Shown: piece by piece, positions 46,798 through 56,459 of the stretch
Layout: each line of letters opens with the position of its first letter
Position numbering within the stretch: the first letter of the stretch is position 1
IMG/VR virus record: IMGVR_UViG_3300026531_000001
Coordinates: 16,754-80,753 of that record
Strand: one strand, 5' to 3'
From: a virus
Length of the DNA stretch: 64,000 nucleotides
Program-made: the position numbers and the translations under genes
Notes under the pieces: model-generated
Told to the model about the DNA's origin: nothing
Seen by the model: the letters and a program-made list of their open reading frames with translations, nothing else
Database searches by the model: none

Positions 46798-49700
46798 CGC
46801 TACGCGAGATCTACGATCTGATCAAGGCCCAGGCCCAGGCCCTGTTCAACCTGCCCGAACCGCCGGCGAAGCGCACGCGCCCGCGGCGCTCCACTCGGCG
46901 CACCCGCAAGCCGAAGGGGGCACCCCCGGACCAGCCCGCCCTGTTCGGCGACGGGGGCAGCAAGCCGGTCGAGCAACCGGCGCTCCCGTTCGGGAAGCGC
47001 GACAAGACGCGCCTGAAACCGGTCAAGAAGGTCGTGCGCGAGAAGGGCGGGAAAACCCACACGCAGACCTACTGGGAGAAGGTGGGCGACGCGGAACCGG
47101 CGCCCAAGCCGGCCGCGCCGAAGCCCGAAGAGAGACAGGAGCCCAACCCCGGGGACGCGTTCCGAGCGAAGCTGAGCCAGGACCCGCACGCCGCCCTCGA
47201 CGAGCTCGAGCGCGAGGTGGAGGGCCTGTTCACCACCCGCAGTGCGGCCGACACGCACCGCAAGAAGCTCCGCCCCAAGGACCTGCCCAAAGGCGACGCG
47301 CCCGGGCCGCGCCTGCAGCGGATGCTCGCCAAGCTGCAGGCCCTGCTGAAGGACCTGCATGAGGCGTCCAACTTCGCCTACGACATGGGCCGCCCCAACA
47401 AGCAGGTGGAGGACCTGATCCAGCGCGCGAACCAGGCCGCCCACAGCGTGGGCGCGGCCGCTGAAGGCGTGCGGGCCGGCGTCTTCGACGCCCCGAAGCC
47501 TGAGGCGGCGCCGGCCGAGGAGCCGAAGCCGAGTGCGGGGGAAACCCGGCCGGCCGTGGCCCCGGCGGAGCGGCAGCGCTCGCGCGATGCTAAGGCCCTG
47601 GCCGACTTTCTCGAGCGGGCCAACCTGCGCGAGTACGTGCTGAGCGAGGGCGATGAGGACGGCAGCTTTCACCTGCGCATTCCCAACCCGCCCTTTCTGC
47701 CGCTGGTCATTGAGCGTCACCCCGGGCCCGACCATGAGCCGCGGCTCTACCTAACCCACTACCGCCACGCCGACCCCGACGATCCCATGAGCGACCTCTA
47801 CGTGGACGGGGAGGTCGTTTACAAGGTCAACCCCGACGGCACCCTCGAGCTCGAGGAGACGGCCGTGCACGACCCATTCCGCGGGTATGAGTCGCGCAGC
47901 CGCGACGCCGACTTCGCCCGCATGTTCAACGCCAACCTAGTGGAGCACGGCTACCACGAAGTGCCCCGGGAGCGCTGGAAAGGCAAGAACGTCCCCGAGC
48001 TCCCCGTCGAGGCCCCGGAGCGGAGCGAGGAGGCCCCGGACACCCTCCCCATCGAGCCATCCGAGCAAAACCTGCAGGAAGGTGCCGAAAAAACCAGGAT
48101 GTTTGCCGACGGCGCCCACGCCTACCGGCTCAAGGGCGGCCGCTGGCACCGCATGGATGAGGAGCCGGAGGCGGCCCCCAACGCTGCGGTGCCCGTAGAG
48201 CCTGCGGAAGCGCCCGCAGAGAAGGCGCCGACTGAAGAGCCCGCACCGCAGGAGGACGCACCACTCACCCCCGCTGAGGAGCCCAAACCCGCACCCGAAC
48301 CCGAGGCTCAGGAAGATGCCCAGCCGACGCCGGCGCGCAGCCGCGGCCTCGACTACTCCAAACCCTTCCGCCAGCTGCTCGAGCACCTGCCCCGCTTCGG
48401 CTTCGCCCTCCTGCCGAAGGCGACGGTGGCCCAGCGCACCAAGGCCAACCAGCGCGCCGTCGAGCTACTGGAGCGCCTGGAACGCGAGCAGCGGGAGCCC
48501 ACCCCTGAGGAGCGCGAGGTCCTGGCCGCCTACACCGGCGAGGGCGGGCTTTCGGGCGACCTGAACGCCCACTACACCCCCACGCCGCTGGCGGCGGCGA
48601 TGTGGGCCTTACTGCAGCGCGTCGGGGGCAAGCCTAAAACGGTGCTCGAGCCTTCCATGGGCAACGGCGTCTTCCTGCACACCGCCCCTCAGGGCACCCA
48701 GGTGACGGGCGTCGAGCTTTCCAAGGTGTCCGGCGCCATCGGCAAGCTCCTGCACGAACCCAACGGCCACCGGGTCTACCCGGGCATGGCCTTTGAGGAT
48801 TACAACCTCGGGGAGGGGCAGGAGCACACCTACGACGCCGTGATCGCCAACCCGCCCTACGGCATCCGCGGCAGCCTGATCACCCGGGGGAAACCGTGGC
48901 TGGCGAAGGCCGAGCAGTATTTCATAGACGCTTCGCTCGACCGCATGAAGGACGGGGGCGTCGGGGTTTATCTGATCAACCCCGGGCCGGTGGAGAACCG
49001 TAACACCCGCGACTTCCGCACCCGCCTACTGGCCCGGGCTGAGGTGCTGGGGGCGTACCAGCTCCCCTCGAGCGTCTTCAAGGAGTCCAACTCGGGTGTG
49101 CCCCCCGTCGTCCTGGTGGTGCGCAAGCGCCCCGACACCGACGGCATGACCCTGCTCCGCCTCGTCCAGCGCCACGGCGAGGAAGCGCTGCATCACGCGA
49201 ACGTCCTGACGGGCGCGGCCAAGGACTTCCTCGACGGCAAGCTGCACTTACGTGAGGAAAACCTGCTCGGCGAGTGGAGCGGCGAGACCACCTACCATGG
49301 CTACAAGAAGATTGAGGGCGACCTGGATCCCGAACGGCTCGAGCGCCTAATCAATGGAGAAATATTTGCTCAACCCGTTGACATGGATGCTCTCGAGCAA
49401 ACTTATGGCGATGAGCTCGAGTCCGCCCGGGCATGGGCCCAGAGCGAAGCCTCCGATCCTGAACGCGGCCGCGTTCAGGAAGGTACGGTTAGCGAGGATG
49501 GCCGCCTGGTCTTCCGCAACCACCGCTGGCATACGATCCAGGGTGAGGACCCCCGCCTTGCGGCCGCCGTGGACATTGCCAAGGAGCTGCAGGATTACGT
49601 GCACGTCCTCAACAATGGGTCCCCGGCCGACGCTGAGGCGCGGCGCAAGGCAGTGCTCGAGTCGCTGCAGAGCTATCTCGAAGAGTATGGGAACCCCCAT

Positions 49701-52700
49701 GAACACCTAAAGGGCGACATCAAGCGCATTCACAACTTGGCGCACCTGATGAGCGCAGTCACGCCAAAGGGCGAGATTGCCGAGCACCTGCAGCGCCCCG
49801 TGACCGCTGGAGGTGACGCGGGCGATGTGGACTATGCCGACCCCCACGCCGTGGCCGCGCACCTCGCGCGCCAGCGGCGCCTTACCCCGGCGCGCTTCGT
49901 GTCCGTGCTCGTCGGGAGCGAGCACTGGAACACGCCGAAGGCCATCGAGTGGCTGGCCAACAACGGCTACGCCCTGGATGAGTCGGGCCGCTGGATACCA
50001 GAGGACGAATTCTATGTGGGCGACGTGTACGAACGCGCCGAAGCGCTCGAGGCTGCGGCCCAATCGCCCTCACTCTCGCCCCAGGAGCGCGAAATCCTGC
50101 GCGCCCAAGCGCAGACGTTCCGCGAAAAGCTACCGCGCAAGTCCATTGAGGATGTGGAGATCACCGCGCGCGACATCTACGTCCGCCCCGAAATCGTGGC
50201 CGAGTTCATTCGCGATGTGATTGATCCCGGCGGAGAGTATGAGGTAACGCGCACGGCGACCGGCGTCTTTGAGGTGCGGGACCACTACGGGCGCGACCTG
50301 CCGGCCCACGTCCGCGAGTTCGCCAAGTACCTCAACTACGACACCCCGGTGCGGCGCCTCACCCCCGAACAGACCCGCAGCATGACCCAGGCGGAGCTCG
50401 CGGCGCTCAAGGCCCAATACCGCGAGGACGCCCGGCGCCAGGAGAAGGAGTACGCCGACCAGTTCAAGGCGTGGGCGGCGAGCTCGGACTACCGGGAGGA
50501 GCTGGAGGAGCACTATAACCGCGCCTTCAACAGCTACATCCCGCCCAAGTACAGCGACCGCCCCCTGAACATCCCCGACTGGAAGGGGCCGCCCCTGCAC
50601 AGTTTCCAGACTGAGGCCGTGCGCCATGCCCTCGACACCGGCAGCTCGATCATGGCGCTCGACGTGGGCCTCGGGAAGACCTACGCGGGCATGGCCCTGG
50701 CCCAGATGCTTGAGCATGAGGGGCGCGCCCGCCGCATCATGCACATCATGCCCAAGAGTCTCATGGGCAACTGGCGCAACAGCTACGCTGAGCTTGGCAG
50801 CGGCCGCTGGTTCGTGACTGGAGGCTTCGCCCTTCCTGAGGGGGCGGATGAGCAGACGGCTACTGACGCGCAGCAGGTCTACGACCTGCTCAAGCGGCGT
50901 GAGCTGGGGACCTGGAGCGAGCTCGAGGCCGAGAGCAAGCTGCCCGCCGACCGCTTCCAGGCGGCGCTGCGGGCCCTATCCAAGGCGGACGTAGCGCGTG
51001 GCATCCCCGGCGAGCACGTGATGGTCATCGGCGAGACCTTCGACCCCAAGAAGAAGGTCTGGCGCGAGGACAAGATGCAGGATGTGGCCACCAAGCTCAC
51101 CCGCTTGGCCGCCGATCCCTCGATTACCCGCGTGCTCATCACCCGCGACAAGTTTTCGGCAATCCCGGTACGCGGCGAAACGCTGAAACGCTATGTCGAA
51201 GACGATGTGGTGCGCGCCCGTGAGTTCGAGGAGGCCGAACGCGACGCCCGTAAGAAGAAGAGCGCGCGCGACTGGGTGGCCAAAATGGAGAAGGCCATGG
51301 AGAAGGCCACCTCCAAGCTGTTCGGCGACCAGGTGAAGGCGGTGCACTGGGAGGACCTAGGCGTAGATGCCCTGATCTCCGACGAGCACCACGCCTACAA
51401 GAACTTGCATGCTGCCCCCGCCAGCTTCGGCGAGACGCCCAAGTTCCTGGGTGCTGGGTCGGAGTCTCAGCGCGCGGCCGACATGCTGATCAAGAGCCGC
51501 CATGTGCGTGATCGCAATGGTGGTAGCGGCATATACGCACTAACGGCCACCCCCACCAAGAACAGTCCCCTCGAGGTCTACAACATGTTGCGCTATGTCA
51601 CTGACGCCGTGGACCGCCTCGCCCCCACCCCCAAGGCGTTCATTGACCGCTACGCCGAACTAGGCAATGCCCTGGTGGCCACCCCCGGCGGGGTGGAGAT
51701 GCGCACAGCCGTGCTCGGGTTCAAGAACCTGGGCGAGCTACGGGGGCTGATGAACCGCTACATCTTCCGGCGCACCGCGCAGGAGGTGGGGCTGAAAATC
51801 CCCGAGCGCGAAGACCATGAGCATATCTTCGAGATGCACCCTGAGCAGCACGCAACCTACCGCGACTTGGCCGCTGCCGCTGAAAGGGCTGCCGGAGACC
51901 GCGAGGCGGAGGGCGATGCCCACTTCTTTTCCTACCTCGCCCGCATGCGCTTCCTCACCCTCGACCCGGCCCTCTATGACCCGGAGTCGCTGGGGCACTT
52001 GCCCAACCCGCGCTTCCAGAAGGCGGCTGAGATCACCAAGAGCGCCCTCAAGGAGGGGGGTAAGGTGGTCATGTTCATGGACCTGGGCCAGCAGGCAGCC
52101 GGCGAGAACCCGGCCGAGGACATGAGCAAGGAGGCCCTGCAGCAGTACGCCCAGCAGCACGGCTTGCCCCATGAGGGCATGACCGAAGCGAAGCTGCGCA
52201 GCTTAGTAGGCAAGCACATAGACGCAAGCAGGACCAACGCCTACGAGCGCCTGAAGCAGCACCTCATCGAGGCGGGCGTCCCCGAAGACCAGATCGCTAT
52301 CGTGACCTCAAAGACGGCGAAGAGCTCGGCGGCGCGTGCGGACATCGAGGCGGCGTTCAAGGCCGGCAAGCTGCGCGTCGTGGTGGGCTCCACCGGGGTG
52401 ATCGGCGAGGGTTTCAACCTGCAGACCGGCACCACCGACATGATCCACCTGGACATTCCCTGGGACCCCGGCACCTACTGGCAGCGCCTCGGGCGCGCGG
52501 TGCGCCAGGGGAACACCCAGGAGAAGGTGCGCAACCATGTGCTACTTGCGCGCGGATCGGTGGACGCCATGACCTACGGCACCATGCTGGGTAAGAAGGG
52601 GTGGACGGACATCCTGTGGAACAGCACCGAGGAGCGGGCCCGCAACGCCGACGCCCTCGACCCGGAGAACGACCCCTACACCATGATGCTCATGCAGACG

Positions 52701-53729
52701 GCCGACGACCCCGACGCAGTGAAGAAAATCCTCGAGGAGCAGAAACAGCGCCGCCTCGAGCAGGCCCGGGTCGCGGCACGCCAGGCCAGCCTCGGGAAGC
52801 TCGAGCAGGCGGCCATTCTGCACAACTCGCTCCGCAAGCAGCGGGGGCTGGTGGAGCAAGCCAAGGCGCACCTCGAAAAAGCGCATGAGGACGCCGCGCC
52901 CGACAAGATCGCCCTATGGGAGAAACGCCTCAAGGACCGCAGCGATAAGCTACAGCGGCTCGAGGGCGAGTGGCGCAGTCGCGTTGAGGCCCTGAAGGGT
53001 GACGAGCACATCGAGCCCGGGCACATCGCGGCGCTCGAGTCGGGTCGCCCCTTCATCGTCACGCCGACGGGTGCGGTCTTCGTCGAGGGCGGCGTGGTGC
53101 GGCAGACCCGCGGCGACAAGAGTGCACCCTACCGGATCGTCGGCGTGGATCCCGTGACCAAGACCGTGAGGCTCCGGCCGCTGGTCCCCCTGCAGAAGTA
53201 CGGCGACATCGCAGAGGCGAAGAGCTACAAGGCAGAGGACCTGACCAAGAAGAGCGGCCTCACGGTGACGCCCGAGGTGGACCAGGAGGAGCTGGCCGCT
53301 GAGCTCGAGCGCCGGCTGGCGCACGCCGGCCCAGCAGGCCTGCGCCAGGTGCATCCCGATGTGGTGCGCCGCCACCACGATGCGGTACAGCGCGGCCTGG
53401 ACCGGTGGACGCGGGAGAGCTATCACTACGGCGGCTGGGTGGTGAACCGGGAGGGCAAGCCCGAGTTTCGGAAGCCGCCGCACGACCGCAAGGAGGGGTT
53501 GCTCCAGGAGGGCGAGCGGATGCTCACAAACACCCCGGAGGATGTGCGCCTGTGGCAACAGCACCATGGGGACGATGAACACAACTACGACCGGCTTGCA
53601 ACCCTCCCCTTCGCTCACAAACCCCAGTACGGGCGCCGCCACTACCGGGCCGAGCCCATCGAGCCTGAGGAGTACCTGGTAAAAGCCCCGCTCGTGGAGA
53701 TCTACCGTAAACTGATAGGGAGGATGTGA
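46794..53729 (+). CDS. DarB-like N6-adenine methyltransferase-SNF2 helicase fusion, 2311 aa
   Basis: HYTP, VLEPSMGNG, IANPPY; DVGLGKT, DEHH, TATP, EGFNLQ and QRLGRAVRQGN motifs. Confidence 0.88.
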   Translation: MTLREIYDLIKAQAQALFNLPEPPAKRTRPRRSTRRTRKPKGAPPDQPALFGDGGSKPVEQPALPFGKRDKTRLKPVKKVVREKGGKTHTQTYWEKVGDAEPAPKPAAPKPEERQEPNPGDAFRAKLSQDPHAALDELEREVEGLFTTRSAADTHRKKLRPKDLPKGDAPGPRLQRMLAKLQALLKDLHEASNFAYDMGRPNKQVEDLIQRANQAAHSVGAAAEGVRAGVFDAPKPEAAPAEEPKPSAGETRPAVAPAERQRSRDAKALADFLERANLREYVLSEGDEDGSFHLRIPNPPFLPLVIERHPGPDHEPRLYLTHYRHADPDDPMSDLYVDGEVVYKVNPDGTLELEETAVHDPFRGYESRSRDADFARMFNANLVEHGYHEVPRERWKGKNVPELPVEAPERSEEAPDTLPIEPSEQNLQEGAEKTRMFADGAHAYRLKGGRWHRMDEEPEAAPNAAVPVEPAEAPAEKAPTEEPAPQEDAPLTPAEEPKPAPEPEAQEDAQPTPARSRGLDYSKPFRQLLEHLPRFGFALLPKATVAQRTKANQRAVELLERLEREQREPTPEEREVLAAYTGEGGLSGDLNAHYTPTPLAAAMWALLQRVGGKPKTVLEPSMGNGVFLHTAPQGTQVTGVELSKVSGAIGKLLHEPNGHRVYPGMAFEDYNLGEGQEHTYDAVIANPPYGIRGSLITRGKPWLAKAEQYFIDASLDRMKDGGVGVYLINPGPVENRNTRDFRTRLLARAEVLGAYQLPSSVFKESNSGVPPVVLVVRKRPDTDGMTLLRLVQRHGEEALHHANVLTGAAKDFLDGKLHLREENLLGEWSGETTYHGYKKIEGDLDPERLERLINGEIFAQPVDMDALEQTYGDELESARAWAQSEASDPERGRVQEGTVSEDGRLVFRNHRWHTIQGEDPRLAAAVDIAKELQDYVHVLNNGSPADAEARRKAVLESLQSYLEEYGNPHEHLKGDIKRIHNLAHLMSAVTPKGEIAEHLQRPVTAGGDAGDVDYADPHAVAAHLARQRRLTPARFVSVLVGSEHWNTPKAIEWLANNGYALDESGRWIPEDEFYVGDVYERAEALEAAAQSPSLSPQEREILRAQAQTFREKLPRKSIEDVEITARDIYVRPEIVAEFIRDVIDPGGEYEVTRTATGVFEVRDHYGRDLPAHVREFAKYLNYDTPVRRLTPEQTRSMTQAELAALKAQYREDARRQEKEYADQFKAWAASSDYREELEEHYNRAFNSYIPPKYSDRPLNIPDWKGPPLHSFQTEAVRHALDTGSSIMALDVGLGKTYAGMALAQMLEHEGRARRIMHIMPKSLMGNWRNSYAELGSGRWFVTGGFALPEGADEQTATDAQQVYDLLKRRELGTWSELEAESKLPADRFQAALRALSKADVARGIPGEHVMVIGETFDPKKKVWREDKMQDVATKLTRLAADPSITRVLITRDKFSAIPVRGETLKRYVEDDVVRAREFEEAERDARKKKSARDWVAKMEKAMEKATSKLFGDQVKAVHWEDLGVDALISDEHHAYKNLHAAPASFGETPKFLGAGSESQRAADMLIKSRHVRDRNGGSGIYALTATPTKNSPLEVYNMLRYVTDAVDRLAPTPKAFIDRYAELGNALVATPGGVEMRTAVLGFKNLGELRGLMNRYIFRRTAQEVGLKIPEREDHEHIFEMHPEQHATYRDLAAAAERAAGDREAEGDAHFFSYLARMRFLTLDPALYDPESLGHLPNPRFQKAAEITKSALKEGGKVVMFMDLGQQAAGENPAEDMSKEALQQYAQQHGLPHEGMTEAKLRSLVGKHIDASRTNAYERLKQHLIEAGVPEDQIAIVTSKTAKSSAARADIEAAFKAGKLRVVVGSTGVIGEGFNLQTGTTDMIHLDIPWDPGTYWQRLGRAVRQGNTQEKVRNHVLLARGSVDAMTYGTMLGKKGWTDILWNSTEERARNADALDPENDPYTMMLMQTADDPDAVKKILEEQKQRRLEQARVAARQASLGKLEQAAILHNSLRKQRGLVEQAKAHLEKAHEDAAPDKIALWEKRLKDRSDKLQRLEGEWRSRVEALKGDEHIEPGHIAALESGRPFIVTPTGAVFVEGGVVRQTRGDKSAPYRIVGVDPVTKTVRLRPLVPLQKYGDIAEAKSYKAEDLTKKSGLTVTPEVDQEELAAELERRLAHAGPAGLRQVHPDVVRRHHDAVQRGLDRWTRESYHYGGWVVNREGKPEFRKPPHDRKEGLLQEGERMLTNTPEDVRLWQQHHGDDEHNYDRLATLPFAHKPQYGRRHYRAEPIEPEEYLVKAPLVEIYRKLIGRM

Positions 53730-54091
53730 TGAAACGCAAGGTGGACCGCAAAGCGCTCGCGGGGGTGGTGCAACTCTTGCAGCAGGATCCCGCCAGCTAC
53801 AAGAGCTATGGCATGTACTGGTGGCCGCTGAAGCGTTGGCTGCGCCGGGAGGTGGACGAGAAGACGCTGCCCCTGGTACATCTCCCCCACCCTCACGATG
53901 AGCCCGAAACCGTGGCCCGGCTCGAGGCTCTCTATCCCGATGAGTGGTCGCTGTTCATGGCTGCACTACACCACGCCGAGCAGAAAACCTTGTGGGGCGA
54001 GCGCTATCAGGGACACAGCTACTGGCCGGCGGGTGAAGGTTACGTCCTGGACGACCCCGACATGGGTCCGGCCAACACTGTGGGCGCATAA
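53729..54091 (+). CDS. Hypothetical protein
   Basis: Coupled to the upstream stop; GGAGG RBS. Confidence 0.6.
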   Translation: MKRKVDRKALAGVVQLLQQDPASYKSYGMYWWPLKRWLRREVDEKTLPLVHLPHPHDEPETVARLEALYPDEWSLFMAALHHAEQKTLWGERYQGHSYWPAGEGYVLDDPDMGPANTVGA

Positions 54092-54095
54092 CCAC

Positions 54096-54117
54096 CGACC
54101 GCGACGGGCGCTAGGGT
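54096..54117 (+). promoter_or_regulatory. Late promoter motif (alarmone synthetase)
   Basis: CGACCG-N10-TAGGGT-N6-ATG. Confidence 0.75.
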
Positions 54118-54123
54118 GCGGGT

Positions 54124-54924
54124 ATGGAACGCACTCTAGCGCCTTCGTTCTCCCTTATCGAGCTCGCTCTCTACCTACTTGCCAAAGCGCAGGGCGCCCA
54201 TGCCATGCGCGTTCTTCCCAGCGGCCGCCTGATGGTGCGGGTCAAGACGCCTCAGGGTCGGAAGTGGGTTCCCCATACCGCCCCTGAGGTCGAGCAGCAC
54301 ATTGACCAGCACCTGCATCCAATCGCGGAAGATGCGCATGCCCGGGCCGAAGCCCACCTTAAAGAGCTTATGCGGGGGCTGAACGTCGAGGTGGGCGGCC
54401 GGATCAAGGAGCCCTACAAAATCGCCGAAAAGATGGGGCGGCCAGGCAAGCAGCCGCGCCATTTCAACCGCCTGGGCGACACCGTGGGCCTGCGCGTCAC
54501 GGTGCACGATCCCGCGCACTTCGAGGAGGCCCACCGGCGCCTCAAGCAGTTAATGACTAACCCCCACCCCCACCTGAAGATCCTGGATCATGAGGTGCAT
54601 GACGGTTCGCGCGACGGCTACCGCTCGGTGCATTTCAACGGCATTGGCCATAAGGGGCAGCGGCTCGAGGTGCAGCTTCGGCACCACTGGCAGAACGTTT
54701 GGGCCGATCACGCTCACGACAACTTTTACAAGGACGACAACCTGCGCAAGCTGGTGCCGGACCATGAGCGTGAGGCCGTAAAGCGGGAAGGCGTACAGTA
54801 CATGAAGCAAGTCAGCGACCACCTGCACGCCAACGGTGGCAAGATCGGCGAGGGTTTCCCCGAGGCACCGCCGCGGATCAAGAAATACGGCCTCGAGTTC
54901 CCGTCCCACAAGCTGCAAAACTAA
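54124..54924 (+). CDS. RelA/SpoT-family small alarmone synthetase
   Basis: GRIKEPYKIAEK, DTVGLRV, GYRSVH and EVQLR...WAD..H motifs. Confidence 0.85.
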   Translation: MERTLAPSFSLIELALYLLAKAQGAHAMRVLPSGRLMVRVKTPQGRKWVPHTAPEVEQHIDQHLHPIAEDAHARAEAHLKELMRGLNVEVGGRIKEPYKIAEKMGRPGKQPRHFNRLGDTVGLRVTVHDPAHFEEAHRRLKQLMTNPHPHLKILDHEVHDGSRDGYRSVHFNGIGHKGQRLEVQLRHHWQNVWADHAHDNFYKDDNLRKLVPDHEREAVKREGVQYMKQVSDHLHANGGKIGEGFPEAPPRIKKYGLEFPSHKLQN

Positions 54925-54942
54925 ACTTGCGGCATTAACGGC

Positions 54943-54960
54943 TGTCTGATATACTGGACA
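54943..54960 (+). promoter_or_regulatory. Repressor operator over -10
   Basis: TGTCT-GATATACT-GGACA. Confidence 0.75.
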
Positions 54961-54979
54961 TGCAGAGAGGGGGTACGGA

Positions 54980-55195
54980 ATGAGCAAGCGATACAGCTAC
55001 TACCTGGTCACGCGAAAAGGCGACGGCAAGCCGGTGGACACGGTTCCCGTCAACGGCGACCGCCGGAAGGTGCGCGCCAAGCTGTCCAAGAAGTATCCCG
55101 TGACCGACGGCTACGGTATCTCGCTCGTGACGAGCGACCGGCCGCTCGACGACCCCCACCGCTTCGCCAGCAGCTTCGACGCCTTCAAGTCGTAG
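54980..55195 (+). CDS. Small hypothetical protein
   Basis: Own promoter TTGCGG-N17-TATACT, GAGG RBS, terminator at 55217-55240. Confidence 0.6.
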   Translation: MSKRYSYYLVTRKGDGKPVDTVPVNGDRRKVRAKLSKKYPVTDGYGISLVTSDRPLDDPHRFASSFDAFKS

Positions 55196-55216
55196 GTAAA
55201 CGCGGTTCTTGCGCAT

Positions 55217-55240
55217 GGGGCCGTCCGTAAGGACGGCCCT
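55217..55240. terminator. Bidirectional hairpin terminator
   Basis: GGGGCCGTCC-GTAA-GGACGGCCCC; similar stems at 17190-17209 and 60720-60741. Confidence 0.65.
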
Positions 55241-55243
55241 GCT

Positions 55244-56203
55244 TTAATCCCATCCGTCCAGGAGTTCACGGGCCATGTCCTCAGCCCATTTTGCGTAGAT
55301 CGCGGTCGTTTGCAACTGCGAATGCCGGAGCTGGCGCGCGGCCGTGTTCAGGTCGCCGGTGCGCTGGTAGATGTAAGTGCCACAGTAGTGGCGCAAGGCG
55401 TGGTACCCCTTATAACGCACCCCGGCCCGCTCGCACAGCGCCTGCAGGCGGCGCCGAATGCTGGCCGGCGTTCGCCACGGGAGCACGTGCTCGGCTTCGG
55501 GTTCGGCCTTACGCAGTGCACGCAGCGCCGCGCGCAACCCCTTGGGAATGAGGACGCTCGCCGTCTTCCCCCCTTTGCCGTCGCGGATCGTGATCCGCCG
55601 CGCCCCCAGGTCCACATCGTCCCAGCGCAGGCGCGCTGCTTCGGATACACGCAGTCCGCCCTGGGCCCCGAGCAGAACCATGGCGCGTTCGGCTGGGTTC
55701 GCCTCGCGGGTTAGCCGCTTGATCTCGTCGTCCTCATACGGGCGCCGCTTCTCATGGCGCGGGGTCGGGTCCCGCACCGTCGGCGCCAGGTCGAAGGGGT
55801 TGGCATGGGTGGCCCGGGCCCACTGGAGCGCCCGGTAGAAGGCGCGCACCGCCGCCCGGCGGTTGTTCACCGTCGCGGGGGCGTGCCGGCGCTGCAGGTG
55901 CCGCAGGTACTCGGCCCCCAGGTCCTCGGACGGGTCGAGCACCGCTTCGGCCAGCAGCTCGCCCTCGAGCCCCAGCCCGGCCAGGTAGTCAAGGAAGCTG
56001 TTCAGACCGGTTCGGTACGTCCGCAGGGTATGGGGGCTGGTGGCCGCCCCCGCCCGCCCCCAGGTCATGAGGTGGTGCTTGACCAGGGCCCACAGCCCGT
56101 CGCGGTCCCCCGCCTCGAGCATCGCCCGGACCTTCTCGGCCCGCCGCTCGGGCTTGACCGCCCCCCACGGAAACGCCTCGCCTCGGTAGCCGCCTCTAGC
56201 CAT
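55244..56203 (-). CDS. Tyrosine recombinase (XerC/D-like resolvase)
   Basis: SPHTLRTY, GLRVSE, GKGGK, HALRH and LRHS..TTAIY catalytic motifs. Confidence 0.9.
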   Translation of the reverse strand: MARGGYRGEAFPWGAVKPERRAEKVRAMLEAGDRDGLWALVKHHLMTWGRAGAATSPHTLRTYRTGLNSFLDYLAGLGLEGELLAEAVLDPSEDLGAEYLRHLQRRHAPATVNNRRAAVRAFYRALQWARATHANPFDLAPTVRDPTPRHEKRRPYEDDEIKRLTREANPAERAMVLLGAQGGLRVSEAARLRWDDVDLGARRITIRDGKGGKTASVLIPKGLRAALRALRKAEPEAEHVLPWRTPASIRRRLQALCERAGVRYKGYHALRHYCGTYIYQRTGDLNTAARQLRHSQLQTTAIYAKWAEDMARELLDGWD

Positions 56204-56209
56204 GTGACC

Positions 56210-56231
56210 ACCCTAGCGGCCAAGGTGGAAG
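56210..56231 (-). promoter_or_regulatory. Late-like promoter motif (recombinase), partial upstream box
   Basis: CTTCCA-N10-TAGGGT-N6-ATG. Confidence 0.5.
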
Positions 56232-56266
56232 GAGGTCAGAAAAAACGGGTTCCGGGCCCCGCCGCG

Positions 56267-56294
56267 TGTGCCGATAATTGACATTATCGCGCAT
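56267..56294. other. dif-like 11-6-11 recombination site
   Basis: TGTGCCGATAA-TTGACA-TTATCGCGCAT immediately upstream of the recombinase. Confidence 0.65.
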
Positions 56295-56426
56295 GCCCCA
56301 TGATACCACGCGGGAAGCACGTATTCATCGGCTACCAGAAGACCGCGCGTTCTTTGCCCCCTAGAATGCTTTGCTCCGGGGGGCGGTAGAGGGTAGGTGC
56401 CGCCAAAACTTGCTTGTTTGGGCGTC

Positions 56427-56444
56427 TGTCTGATATATTAGACA
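56427..56444 (+). promoter_or_regulatory. Repressor operator over -10
   Basis: TGTCT-GATATATT-AGACA. Confidence 0.75.
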
Positions 56445-56459
56445 TGCAAGGAGCGAGAG

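Noticed and set aside
41297-53729. Inteins in the giant helicases
   Set aside because: No splice-junction (C...HN) or LAGLIDADG motifs seen; the inserts are short and look like DNA-binding modules.
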